Assembly: GCA_016873775.1 (NCBI GenBank)
Contig: VGWC01000003.1
Coordinates: 2,486 to 66,485, forward strand
DNA from: Ignavibacteria bacterium
Lineage (GTDB): Bacteria; Bacteroidota; Ignavibacteria; UBA10030; F1-140-MAGs086
Length of the DNA stretch: 64,000 nt
Reading direction: 5' to 3'
Position numbers and translations under genes: made by a program
Part shown: piece after piece, positions 36,790 to 46,623 of the stretch
Layout of the letters: every line of letters starts with the position of its first letter
How positions within the stretch are numbered: the first letter of the stretch is position 1
Notes under the pieces: model-generated
Database searches by the model: none
What the model was told of the DNA's origin: nothing
The model's input: only the letters and a program-made list of their open reading frames with translations

Positions 36790-37524
36790 ATGGCAATTGA
36801 CGTACTCGCAATCGGCGCACATCCCGACGATATTGAATTTTCGTGCTGCGGAACGATTGCAAAATTAGTAAAGCAAAAAAAGAATGTCGGCATTCTCGAC
36901 TTAACGCAAGGAGAACTCGGAACGCGCGGTAATAAAAACATTCGCAATAGTGAAGCAACAAATGCGGGAAAAATTCTTGGCGTTGCATTTCGGGAAAACT
37001 TGAAACTCGCCGACGGAAGTTTCGAAGTGAATCAAAAAAATATTCTGAAAGTAATTTCTGTAATTCGCAAATATCGTCCGAAGATTTTGCTTATTCCTCC
37101 GTACCACGAGCGACATCCCGACCACGAACACGCACATCAGTTAGCGAAAGAATCGTGGTTTTATTCCGGCTTAAAAAATATTATCACAAAGGAAAATGGA
37201 AAAACTCAAGAACCATTTCGTCCCGATACATATTTTCAATTTATGTTGCGTTACGAATTTCAACCAACATTTATTGTTGATATTTCTGATGTGTATGAAA
37301 TTCGTGTGAAAGCGATTGAAGCGTTTGAATCACAAGTTCACAGCAAAACGTATAAATCGAACGAACCGCAAACTTTATTAAGCAAGCCAACGTTCAAAGA
37401 ACTATTGGAAATACGAGCAAAGTTTTATGGAAGTCAAATCGGTGTGAAGTATGGCGAACCATTTTATTATCATCAACCGCTTGGCGTTGATGATTTATTT
37501 TCACTGAAACTTTTTGTGGGGTAA
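36790..37524 (+). CDS. bshB1: Bacillithiol biosynthesis deacetylase BshB1 (PIG-L/LmbE family)
   Basis: VLAIGAHPDDIEFSCCGTIAK and DLTQGELGTRGN blocks. Confidence 0.75.
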   Translation: MAIDVLAIGAHPDDIEFSCCGTIAKLVKQKKNVGILDLTQGELGTRGNKNIRNSEATNAGKILGVAFRENLKLADGSFEVNQKNILKVISVIRKYRPKILLIPPYHERHPDHEHAHQLAKESWFYSGLKNIITKENGKTQEPFRPDTYFQFMLRYEFQPTFIVDISDVYEIRVKAIEAFESQVHSKTYKSNEPQTLLSKPTFKELLEIRAKFYGSQIGVKYGEPFYYHQPLGVDDLFSLKLFVG

Positions 37525-37581
37525 TGAATGTTCTATTTGCACAAAATAAAATTACAAGTTTAATAACATTCTCAAATATTT

Positions 37582-38430
37582 ATGAATACACTCAAAACAA
37601 CTTTTTTAATGGCATTACTCACCGTACTTTTCATTCTTGTCGGAAACGCATTGGGAGGACAAGGCGGAATGATGCTCGCATTTATGTTTGCAATCGTAAT
37701 GAATTTCGGCTCGTACTTTTTCAGCGATAAAATTGTGCTGATGATGTACCGTGCGAAAGAAATTCAACGTGAGGAAAATCCGAAATTATTTTCAATGTTG
37801 CAAGAAATGACAATGAAAGCGAATATTCCAATGCCGCGCGTTTACATTATTGATTCCGAACAACCGAACGCATTTGCAACAGGAAGAAATCCGCAACACG
37901 CAGCAGTTGCAGTAACAAGAGGAATAATGAACACACTCAGCAACGAAGAATTGAAAGGCGTTCTCGGGCACGAACTTGCGCATATTATTCATCGCGATAT
38001 TTTAATTGGAACAATTGCTGCAACTGTTGCCGGAGCAATATCAATGCTTGCAAATATGGCGCAATGGGCAATGATTTTTGGCGGGGGTAGACGCGACGAT
38101 AGAGAAGTAGGAAGTCCAATTGGTTCGATATTGATGTTGATACTTGCACCGATTGCCGCAATGTTAATTCAAATGGCAATTTCGCGTTCGAGAGAATTTC
38201 TTGCCGATGAAGGTGGAGCGCAACTTTCCGGAAATCCGTTTTATCTTTCTAATGCATTACGAAAACTCGATGCAAAGTCGCAACTTATTCCGATGAATGC
38301 AACACCGTCAACAGCGCATCTGTTCATCGTTTCTCCGCTTTCCGGCGCGCAAAGTTTTATGAAACTGTTTTCCACTCATCCGCCAATGGAAGAGCGTATT
38401 GCTCGATTGGAAGCGATGGGAGTTCGTTAA
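37582..38430 (+). CDS. htpX: Zinc metalloprotease HtpX
   Basis: [11 protein letters not shown] HExxH motif, 4 TM topology, PNAFATG block. Confidence 0.85.
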   Translation: MNTLKTTFLMALLTVLFILVGNALGGQGGMMLAFMFAIVMNFGSYFFSDKIVLMMYRAKEIQREENPKLFSMLQEMTMKANIPMPRVYIIDSEQPNAFATGRNPQHAAVAVTRGIMNTLSNEELKGVLGHELAHIIHRDILIGTIAATVAGAISMLANMAQWAMIFGGGRRDDREVGSPIGSILMLILAPIAAMLIQMAISRSREFLADEGGAQLSGNPFYLSNALRKLDAKSQLIPMNATPSTAHLFIVSPLSGAQSFMKLFSTHPPMEERIARLEAMGVR

Positions 38431-38461
38431 AAATTATTCGTTAATCGTTATCTGAAAATTT

Positions 38462-38497
38462 ATGGCGATGGGAAAAATTTCTATCGCCATTCTTTTA
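38462..38497 (+). terminator. Rho-independent terminator after htpX
   Basis: atggcgat (38462-38469) / atcgccat (38483-38490), followed by tctttta. Confidence 0.55.
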
Positions 38498-38638
38498 TTG
38501 TTGCAATGAAAACAACAGTTATTGAAGAATATCATTGGAGAAAAAAAACAGCAGTTCCATCATATTTCATATTCAGTTGTTCAATCGGAATCTCTTTTGC
38601 ACATCATTCATTTTTAGTAAATTTTGCATCCAAATTTT

Positions 38639-39574
38639 ATGAAAAGAAAATCAAATTATCCTGCACTAGTTCTTCACGGAGGTGCGTGGGATATTCCCGA
38701 TGATTTAGTAGAAGCGCATTTCGTGGGTATCCGAAAAGCGTTGCACATTGGATGGAAAATTTTAAAGAACGGCGGCTCGTCGGTAGATGCAGTGGAAAAA
38801 ACGATTACAAATATGGAAGACAATCCGACGTTTGATGCAGGAAAGGGTTCGTTTCTTAATGCGCTCGGTGAAATTGAGCTTGATGCAAGTATAATGAATG
38901 GGAAAACGTTTCGCGCTGGTGCTGTTGCCGCGGTAAAAAATATTCGCAATCCAATTTCGCTTGCGCGAATGATTATGGACAAGAGCGAACATATTTTGCT
39001 TGTTGGCATTGGTGCAATTCGATTTGCGAAAGAGCACGGCATAACACCGTGCGCAATGGAAGATTTATTAATCGGACGTGAATTGCAACGGTGGTTGGAA
39101 TTACAAAAAGAGCCGCTTTCTTCGACAAAAGATGTATTTCGTTCACAAAAGAAAAAAAATATTCCATCGGGAACAGTTGGAGTTGTCGCAATGGATTGCA
39201 ACAGGAATATTTGTGCTGGAACTTCTACGGGCGGCACCCCGAATAAATATCCCGGTCGAGTTGGTGATTCGCCGCTTATTGGTTGCGGAACCTATGCGGA
39301 TAATGATATTGGTGGAGTTTCGACAACTGGTTGGGGAGAAGCGATGATAAAAGTAGTGATGGCGAAAACGATTATTGATATTATGGAACAAAGTAATGGA
39401 AACGGAAATGTTGCCGCAGAAAAAGGAATCGAACTTTTGCAGAAAAAAGCAAGTGGGTACGGAGGAGCAATAACGTTAAATATCTACGGTGAAATTGGGA
39501 TCGCTTTTAATACGCCGAGAATGGCGCGTGGGTATATTACAGCAGGAATGAAAAAACCAATAATTGAAGTGTAG
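38639..39574 (+). CDS. iaaA: Isoaspartyl peptidase / L-asparaginase (Ntn hydrolase)
   Basis: LVLHGGAWDIP N-terminus, autoprocessing site context GTVGVVAMD, GGVSTTGWGE. Start taken at ATG 38639. Confidence 0.75.
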   Translation: MKRKSNYPALVLHGGAWDIPDDLVEAHFVGIRKALHIGWKILKNGGSSVDAVEKTITNMEDNPTFDAGKGSFLNALGEIELDASIMNGKTFRAGAVAAVKNIRNPISLARMIMDKSEHILLVGIGAIRFAKEHGITPCAMEDLLIGRELQRWLELQKEPLSSTKDVFRSQKKKNIPSGTVGVVAMDCNRNICAGTSTGGTPNKYPGRVGDSPLIGCGTYADNDIGGVSTTGWGEAMIKVVMAKTIIDIMEQSNGNGNVAAEKGIELLQKKASGYGGAITLNIYGEIGIAFNTPRMARGYITAGMKKPIIEV

Positions 39575-39576
39575 TT

Positions 39577-40914
39577 GTGTCTCAACATCTTAAATTTCTT
39601 GCAAGACATACCAATGAATTGCTCCATCAGTTATTCTCCAATGCGTTTCCGGCAGACAAAGTCGTTGGAAATTTTTTCCATCAACGAAAGTATCTTGGTT
39701 CGCACGACCGTGCTGCAATTTCTGATTGTGTTTATGGAATTATTCGTAATCTCAAGATGTTGGAATCGTTTCTTGCTTCTGTTGTAGAGCGTGAAATTTA
39801 TACAACACACGAGCAGCGTTTTATCGCATATTATATCCTGTATCAAGCGCTTTTCACTTCAACTTCGCGTGAAAAATTAATAACCGAATTTGCCGATGTA
39901 TGGAATTCGTTCTCTCCTCAAAAGCCACTCGGAGAATTTCTCGACACGGTCTCTCTCGATTTCTTGAATGAACACAGCGATGTTTCTGTTACGGAAATGC
40001 TTGGAATGGAATATTCGTTTCCGCCATGGTTAGTGGAAAAATTTTTTCTGCAATATGGAAACGAACAAATTCGGCAATTGTTATATTCGCTCAATACGCA
40101 AGCGCCAATAACCATTCGTATTAATACAATCAAATGCTCTCGCGAAGAGTGTAAACAAAAATTACTGGAGGAAGGAATTCAAACGACGGAAACGAAATAT
40201 TCTCCGTACGGATTAACGTTCACGAAGCGATTAAATATTTTTGAAATCAGTTTGTTCAAAAAAGGATGGTTTGAAATTCAGGATGAAGGCAGTCAATTGA
40301 TTAGCGCACTTGTGAACGCTCAACCGCACGAACTGATTATTGACGCTTGCTCCGGAGCAGGTGGAAAATCTCTTGCGATGGTGATGGGGATGAGAAATAA
40401 TGGAAGAGTTTTAGCAGTAGATATTTCCAAGACTAAAATAGCGCGATTGAAAAAACGCCGACTGCGTGCGGGTGCAACAATACTGAAGTTTAGTACTGTT
40501 GAGCAGTTGAAACGAAAACCTCAAATTTCAAGTGCAGATGCAGTGCTGGTTGATGTCCCATGTTCCGGAACAGGAAGAATTCGTCGAGACCCATTTTTGA
40601 AAACTCTGTTGAATGAAGAAATGATTCGTACATATTGCGGAGAACAACAAAACCTTCTGAACTTTTATTCTTCGTATGTTAAAAGCGGAGGTCGTTTGAT
40701 TTATTCAACGTGTTCACTTTTGAAAGAAGAAAATGAAAATATTGTAGAAAATTTTTTACGATTGAATAAGAATTTTCAGAGCGTTTCTGTTTCAACATGG
40801 TCAGAAAAATTTTTGAAACCATTAACGGAAGGGAAAAAATATTTCCAGTGTTTACCTCATCTTCACGGTACCGATGGTTTCTTTGGCGCCGTACTGAAGA
40901 AAGTTGAAGAATGA
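39577..40914 (+). CDS. rsmB: 16S rRNA (cytosine-C5)-methyltransferase RsmB/Sun family
   Basis: NusB-like N-terminus. SAM-MTase blocks IIDACSGAGGKS, VLVDVPCSGTGRIRRDP, YSTCSL. Confidence 0.8.
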   Translation: MSQHLKFLARHTNELLHQLFSNAFPADKVVGNFFHQRKYLGSHDRAAISDCVYGIIRNLKMLESFLASVVEREIYTTHEQRFIAYYILYQALFTSTSREKLITEFADVWNSFSPQKPLGEFLDTVSLDFLNEHSDVSVTEMLGMEYSFPPWLVEKFFLQYGNEQIRQLLYSLNTQAPITIRINTIKCSREECKQKLLEEGIQTTETKYSPYGLTFTKRLNIFEISLFKKGWFEIQDEGSQLISALVNAQPHELIIDACSGAGGKSLAMVMGMRNNGRVLAVDISKTKIARLKKRRLRAGATILKFSTVEQLKRKPQISSADAVLVDVPCSGTGRIRRDPFLKTLLNEEMIRTYCGEQQNLLNFYSSYVKSGGRLIYSTCSLLKEENENIVENFLRLNKNFQSVSVSTWSEKFLKPLTEGKKYFQCLPHLHGTDGFFGAVLKKVEE

Positions 40915-40963
40915 TCAACGAAAACATTTTCCATAATTAAAGAACTAAAACTAATCTTCTAGT

Positions 40964-41500
40964 ATGAAAAAACTCCATTACATATTTGTCGTCGTCTTTT
41001 TTTCGCTAACTATAGTTTCTTGTAGTATTAACGATGCAGAAATGTTTCAACAAGTGCAACAAATGCTTAGCGAAAAAAGATATAATGAAGCGGTGGAGAC
41101 TCTGAAAGAGATCGTCGATAAAAAACCGAACGGAGAATATGCAGAAAAATCGCAGTATGCGTTGATTTCGTTATATCAAACCGAATTGCAGAATCCCGCG
41201 TTAGCAATTCAGGAATCGAGAAAATACATTCAATTATTTCCTGAATCGGGAAAAAATGCGAGTGTGTATTTTATGATAGGATTTATTTTCAACAATGAAT
41301 TGAAACAAACCGACAGCGCGAGAATTGCGTATGAAGAATTTCTCTTGCGTTTTCCAAATTCTGAAATGGCAAAATCTGCCGAGTTTGAACTGAAAAATCT
41401 CGGGAAAGATGTCAACGATATTTTCCGTTCTCAACTCCTTGATACAACAAAAAAAGAACCGTTTGTTGTGCAACAAAAAACGGAACCAACAAAGGAATGA
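40964..41500 (+). CDS. TPR-containing lipoprotein
   Basis: Lipobox LTIVSC. YbgF/BamD-like TPR units. 178 aa. Confidence 0.55.
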   Translation: MKKLHYIFVVVFFSLTIVSCSINDAEMFQQVQQMLSEKRYNEAVETLKEIVDKKPNGEYAEKSQYALISLYQTELQNPALAIQESRKYIQLFPESGKNASVYFMIGFIFNNELKQTDSARIAYEEFLLRFPNSEMAKSAEFELKNLGKDVNDIFRSQLLDTTKKEPFVVQQKTEPTKE

Positions 41501-42405
41501 CGCAATCCCATTCCGATTATCGGAAATACTTTGACCCGAACGTTCTTTCTAAAATTTCGAATATGGAACTTCGCGCTCGACTTGTTGTTGAAGGATTTAT
41601 TACTGGACTTCATCATTCACCGTATCACGGATTTAGTGTTGAATTTGCTGAACATCGTCAATATATGCCCGGCGACGAAATCAGAAATATTGATTGGAAA
41701 GTATTCGGAAAAACAGATAGGTATTACGTGAAACAATATGAAGAAGAAACGAATTTAAAATCGTATCTGATTGTTGATGCGAGTTCATCGATGGCATTTC
41801 GAGGAGATAACAGAATTACGAAACTCGAGTATGTTTCATTTCTAGCGAGCGCACTTGCATATTTAATGGTTCGTCAGCAGGATGCAGTAGGTCTTACGAT
41901 TTTTGATGAAACTATTCGCACTACATTACCCCCGCATGCAACATCTGTTTTTCTTGTAGAAATATTTAAAGCGCTTTCCCGACTTCAACCGAGTAATAGA
42001 ACGAACACAGCGAAATCGTTGCATAGCATTGCTGAACAAATAAAACGTCGTGGTCTTGTTATCATCTTTAGCGATTTATTCGATGTATCGAATGACGTTC
42101 TTTCCGCGTTAAAACATTTTCGTCACAAAAAAAATGAAGTCATACTTTTCCATATTCTTAATCCGATGGAACGAACATTTTCGTTTGAAAATGATGCACT
42201 GTTCAAAGATATGGAAACAAGGGAAGAAATGATTACGCGACCGCATCATATTCGCAAAGCATATCAAGAAGCGTTGAACGATTTTATTGCTTTCTATAGA
42301 AAAGAATGTAGGGAAAATATGATTGACTATGTATTGCTCGATACCGCGACACCGTTTGATACTGCACTTCTCGAATATCTTCACAAACGTCAGCGTCTCC
42401 TATAA
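41497..42405 (+). CDS. DUF58 domain-containing protein (MoxR-associated family)
   Basis: GFSVEFAEHRQYMPGDEIRNIDWKVFGKTDRYYVKQYEEETN block. ATGA overlap with the upstream gene. Confidence 0.75.
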   Translation: MTQSHSDYRKYFDPNVLSKISNMELRARLVVEGFITGLHHSPYHGFSVEFAEHRQYMPGDEIRNIDWKVFGKTDRYYVKQYEEETNLKSYLIVDASSSMAFRGDNRITKLEYVSFLASALAYLMVRQQDAVGLTIFDETIRTTLPPHATSVFLVEIFKALSRLQPSNRTNTAKSLHSIAEQIKRRGLVIIFSDLFDVSNDVLSALKHFRHKKNEVILFHILNPMERTFSFENDALFKDMETREEMITRPHHIRKAYQEALNDFIAFYRKECRENMIDYVLLDTATPFDTALLEYLHKRQRLL

Positions 42406-42421
42406 TTTTTTTTAAAATACT

Positions 42422-43591
42422 TTGAGTAAACGTTTAAAAGTTGTCGTAGTTGACCCATTGTGTCAAGGTCCTTATTACGATTACTATTTGTGTTCTGCGC
42501 TACAACGTGCAGGAATGGATGTAGAACTATGGACGCGTGAACCGAAATTTTTAAAAGATTATTTTTCGCATACTGCGTTTCGCGTTCGGAAACTAACAAG
42601 ATTTTCTCGAGCATTATTCGGCGAGTCGTCATTTGGAAAATTCTTCAAATACCTTGAGTTATTGACGATAGATTTTTTTTTCTACTTCATAAAATGTTTG
42701 CGGAGCGATGTTGTACATATTCAGTGGTTCTCTCCTCCTCCGATGTTGTATGTAGAGCGATATGTATATTCGCTCTTGAAAAATTTTGACATTCGACTTG
42801 TTTTTACGGCTCACAATGTATTTCCTCATTCAACACCGTATCAATTTAAAAAAGAACTGCAAAAGATTTATTCAACGTTTCATACCATAACGGTAATGAA
42901 TACGTATAGCAAAACGATATTGAGCAACGAATTTTCACTGGCAACGACAAACGTCGAAATCATTCCACACGGTCCAATTTTTCACGACTTTATACGACTT
43001 TCTCAAACACAATCAAAGCAGAAACTCAATATTGATGTACGGATGAACGTTATTCTGTTTCAGGGTTTTTTGCGTGCGTACAAAGGAATTGATTTTTTAT
43101 TGGAAACATTTTCTCGGTTTCTCCAATTGCATCCCAATTCGATACTCGTGCTTGCCGGAATGGGAAAATCGGATTATGTTCTGGATGTGAAAAAATCTAT
43201 TTCCCGTTTATCTATTCCTGAAACCAATATTCTTGCTCCGTTTCAGTACGTAACTCCGAATCAAATTCCTATATATTACGCCTCTGCAGATGTCGTTGTT
43301 TTTCCCTATGAGCATATTTATCAAAGCGGTGCGTTATTTACTGCGATGAGTTTTAAGAAAGCAGTAATTGCGACAGACGTTGGTGGATTTGCTGAACTGA
43401 TTGAAAATAATATCAATGGGAAATTAATAGAATATGGAAACACGGAACAATTTATTTCTGCATTGCAGGAAATAATTTTTTCAAAAGAAAAAAAAGAAAT
43501 GTTTGAAAAAAATGCTTTTCATAAAGTAACCAATGAATGTTCGTGGGAAATGATTGCAGAGAAAACAATCAACGTGTATCGTAAACCGTGA
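42422..43591 (+). CDS. Glycosyltransferase family 4
   Basis: C-terminal GT-B block ADVVVFPYEHIYQSGALFTAMSFKKAVIATDVGGFAELIENNINGKL. TTG start. Confidence 0.7.
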   Translation: MSKRLKVVVVDPLCQGPYYDYYLCSALQRAGMDVELWTREPKFLKDYFSHTAFRVRKLTRFSRALFGESSFGKFFKYLELLTIDFFFYFIKCLRSDVVHIQWFSPPPMLYVERYVYSLLKNFDIRLVFTAHNVFPHSTPYQFKKELQKIYSTFHTITVMNTYSKTILSNEFSLATTNVEIIPHGPIFHDFIRLSQTQSKQKLNIDVRMNVILFQGFLRAYKGIDFLLETFSRFLQLHPNSILVLAGMGKSDYVLDVKKSISRLSIPETNILAPFQYVTPNQIPIYYASADVVVFPYEHIYQSGALFTAMSFKKAVIATDVGGFAELIENNINGKLIEYGNTEQFISALQEIIFSKEKKEMFEKNAFHKVTNECSWEMIAEKTINVYRKP

Positions 43592-43649
43592 GTCGTGAGT
43601 CGTGAATCTCCAATTTCTACCCTCAACACTTGAACCTTCAAACATCGAA
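43587..43649. repeat. Heptamer-phased drifting array (9 units) spanning the GT4 stop and the uvrA start
   Basis: cgtgagt|cgtgagt|cgtgaat|ctccaat|ttctacc|ctcaaca|cttgaac|cttcaaa|catcgaa. TGA 43589-43591 and GTG 43602 both lie inside it. Confidence 0.75.
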
Positions 43650-46598
43650 CGCAATGAAACCATTCTCGTCAAAGGTGCGCGTGTTCATAACTTAAAAAAC
43701 ATAGATGTCGCAATTCCGCGCAATCAACTTACAGTAATTACAGGGCTTTCCGGTTCCGGAAAATCATCACTCGCGTTTGATACAATTTATGCAGAAGGAC
43801 AACGTCGTTATGTCGAAACGCTTTCCGCTTATGCGCGTCAATTTCTCGGAACATTTGAGCGACCTGATGTTGATGATATTCAAGGTTTATCACCATCAAT
43901 TGCGATTGAGCAAAAAATAGTTAGTCAGAACCCACGTTCAACTGTTGGAACTGTTACTGGGATTTACGATTTTCTTCGTGTGTTGTTTGCTCGCGCAGGG
44001 ACGCAATTTTGTGTGAACTGCGATAAAGAAGTTTCAAAACAAACGTCCGATGAAATTATTGATAAGTTGATGCAGCACAATGTAGGAACAAAATTGACAA
44101 TTCTTGCGCCTGTTGTTCGCGGAAGAAAAGGACATTATCGGGAATTGTTTGAAAGTTTGACGAAAAACGGATTTGCACGTATTCGTGTTGACGGCGAAAT
44201 TCGTGAACTCGAAAAAGTTTTACAAGTTGACCGATACAAAATTCATAACATCGAAGTTGTGATTGATAGAATTGTCATGAAATACGATATTCGTTCTCGT
44301 ATCGCTGATGCAGTTGAACTTGCATTACGAATCGGCGAAGGGATACTCTTTGCAGAAGTTCACGGCCTCGATATGCTGTTCTCGAAACTGCTTTCGTGTG
44401 CAACGTGTGGAAAAAGTTACGAAGAACCTGCCCCGAATACATTTTCGTTTAATTCACCGTACGGCGCATGTGCTTCGTGCGATGGACTTGGGGAGCATAA
44501 GGATTTTGATGAACGGTTGATTATTCCAAACGTCAAACGTTCTATCAATGAAGGTGGAATTGCTCCATTCGGAAAGCCGCGCTCAACGTGGATTTTCAGT
44601 CAATTAAAAGCGGTGGTTGCCCATTATGGTTTCACTTTCGATACGCCGTTGCATAAAATATTGAGTAAGTGCCGCGAAGTTGTATTCTTCGGCTCAAAAG
44701 AGAAGTTTGAAGTTCCGTACGTATTTTCTTCGGGAAGACAAGTAACATACTCACATCGCTTTGATGGAATTTTTACCATTCTCAAACATCAATATTCAAA
44801 TTCTCCAACTATTCGAATGCGCGAACGTGCTGAAGCGTATATGCAAACAACGATGTGCAGCGAATGTAACGGCGGACGGTTGAAAGGAGAAAGTCTTGCA
44901 ATAAAACTCGTTGATGTGAAAACTGAACAGCGATATACCATTGACGATGTTGTAAAAATTTCTCTCAGCGATGCAAGAGAATTATTGCGAACGCTTCAAC
45001 TTTCCAAGCGTAAAAAATTGATTGCAGAATTACTGTTGAAAGAAATCAATGAGCGTTTGGATTTTTTGCTCAATCTTGGTCTCAATTATCTTTCACTCGA
45101 TAGAACAGCTCGAACACTTTCCGGCGGTGAATCGCAGCGTATTCGTCTTGCAACGCAAATCGGAGCGCAATTGCGTGGAGTGCTCTATGTCCTCGATGAA
45201 CCGAGTATCGGTTTGCATCAACGCGACAATTTACAATTGATTCAATCGTTGCAATCATTGTGCGAATTAGGTAATACGATCATCGTAGTAGAACACGATA
45301 AAGAGATTATGGAACGCGCGGATTACATTATTGATTTAGGCCCCGGCGCGGGCGAACACGGAGGGAAAATTGTTGCACTCGGAAAACCAAATGCGTTACA
45401 AGTTGCGAGTTACGAGTTACAAGTTTCAAGTAGAGTGCAGAGAGTAGAAAGCAGAGAAACAACTTACGATGTACGATTTACAGATTTCGATTCTCCATCC
45501 ATAAACCACAAGCCACAAGCAACAAACCATCACTCTCTAACGTTTGAATATTTAGCAAACTCCCGACTCATTGACGTTCCAAAAGTGCGACGCAAAGGAA
45601 ACGGAAAATTTTTTTCGTTAAAAGAATGTTCTGGAAACAATTTGAAAAAGATTGATGTAAGATTTCCTTTGGGAACATTTATATGTGTAACAGGAGTCAG
45701 CGGTTCCGGAAAATCTACGCTTGTTTCCGAAACGTTGTTCAGAATTTTATCACGCGAGATTTATCAATCGAAAGAAGTTCCGCTTCCGTATAAAAAAGTT
45801 TCCGGAATTGATAACATTGATAAAGTAATTGAAATTGACCAATCGCCAATCGGAAGAACGCCGCGCTCCAATCCTGCAACATACACGGGATTGTTCACAT
45901 TCATTCGCGATTTATTTGCTCAACTTCCCGAATCGAAAATTCGCGGATACAAACCCGGAAGGTTTAGTTTCAACGTGAAAGGTGGACGATGTGAAAACTG
46001 TGAAGGAGATGGCATTAAAAAAATTGAAATGAATTTTCTTCCTGATGTATATGTTACCTGTGAAGTCTGCAACGGCAAACGCTACAACAGAGAAACGCTC
46101 GAAGTTCTTTACAAAAGTAAATCCATCGCCGAAGTTCTGGAAATGACAGTGGAAGATGCGCTTGCGTTTTTCGATGAACATTTGCCGATGAAACGCAAAT
46201 TACAAACGCTCGACAATGTTGGACTTGGCTATATTCGTTTGGGACAGCAAGCAACAACACTTTCCGGCGGTGAAGCGCAACGTGTAAAACTTTCTTCCGA
46301 ACTTTCCAAAATCGGAACGGGAAAAACGTTGTACATTCTCGACGAACCAACAACGGGATTACACTTTGAAGATATTCGCGTTCTGCTTTCCGTTTTGAAT
46401 AAACTTGTGGATAAAGGAAACACGATTATCGTCATCGAACACAATCTCGATGTCATAAAAACCGCCGATTATATTATTGATTTAGGTCCCGAAGGAGGCA
46501 ATGGTGGAGGAAGAATTATAGCCAAAGGAACTCCCGAAGAAATTATAACTGTGAAAGAAAGTTATACGGGAAAGTTTTTGAAAGAGGAATTGAACTGA
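43602..46598 (+). CDS. uvrA: Excinuclease ABC subunit A
   Basis: GARVHNLKNIDV, two ABC ATPase modules (GLSGSGKSSL, GVSGSGKSTL, LSGGESQR, LSGGEAQR), zinc-finger cysteines. 998 aa including a repeat-encoded insert. Confidence 0.9.
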   Translation: MNLQFLPSTLEPSNIERNETILVKGARVHNLKNIDVAIPRNQLTVITGLSGSGKSSLAFDTIYAEGQRRYVETLSAYARQFLGTFERPDVDDIQGLSPSIAIEQKIVSQNPRSTVGTVTGIYDFLRVLFARAGTQFCVNCDKEVSKQTSDEIIDKLMQHNVGTKLTILAPVVRGRKGHYRELFESLTKNGFARIRVDGEIRELEKVLQVDRYKIHNIEVVIDRIVMKYDIRSRIADAVELALRIGEGILFAEVHGLDMLFSKLLSCATCGKSYEEPAPNTFSFNSPYGACASCDGLGEHKDFDERLIIPNVKRSINEGGIAPFGKPRSTWIFSQLKAVVAHYGFTFDTPLHKILSKCREVVFFGSKEKFEVPYVFSSGRQVTYSHRFDGIFTILKHQYSNSPTIRMRERAEAYMQTTMCSECNGGRLKGESLAIKLVDVKTEQRYTIDDVVKISLSDARELLRTLQLSKRKKLIAELLLKEINERLDFLLNLGLNYLSLDRTARTLSGGESQRIRLATQIGAQLRGVLYVLDEPSIGLHQRDNLQLIQSLQSLCELGNTIIVVEHDKEIMERADYIIDLGPGAGEHGGKIVALGKPNALQVASYELQVSSRVQRVESRETTYDVRFTDFDSPSINHKPQATNHHSLTFEYLANSRLIDVPKVRRKGNGKFFSLKECSGNNLKKIDVRFPLGTFICVTGVSGSGKSTLVSETLFRILSREIYQSKEVPLPYKKVSGIDNIDKVIEIDQSPIGRTPRSNPATYTGLFTFIRDLFAQLPESKIRGYKPGRFSFNVKGGRCENCEGDGIKKIEMNFLPDVYVTCEVCNGKRYNRETLEVLYKSKSIAEVLEMTVEDALAFFDEHLPMKRKLQTLDNVGLGYIRLGQQATTLSGGEAQRVKLSSELSKIGTGKTLYILDEPTTGLHFEDIRVLLSVLNKLVDKGNTIIVIEHNLDVIKTADYIIDLGPEGGNGGGRIIAKGTPEEIITVKESYTGKFLKEELN
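45395..45534. repeat. Heptamer-phased drifting array (~20 units) in frame inside uvrA
   Basis: gttacaa|gttgcga|gttacga|gttacaa|gtttcaa|gtagagt|gcagaga|gtagaaa|gcagaga|aacaact|tacgatg|tacgatt|tacagat|ttcgatt|ctccatc|cataaac|cacaagc|cacaagc|aacaaac|catcact. Confidence 0.8.
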
Positions 46599-46623
46599 TA
46601 AACATTCATACATACAGAACAAA

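Noticed and set aside
38674-39237. Long antisense ORFs (for example 38674-39237, 19152-19652, 48448-48957, 56847-57359, 54507-54965, 7263-7672)
   Set aside because: Each lies entirely within, and opposite to, a gene with strong family-level motifs. Their translations are low-complexity with no recognisable motifs, which is typical of shadow ORFs.
45395-45534. Regularly spaced short repeats that might be a CRISPR array
   Set aside because: The period is 7 nt with no spacers. There is no repeat of 24-40 nt, no leader and no cas genes in the window. The segment is in frame inside uvrA.
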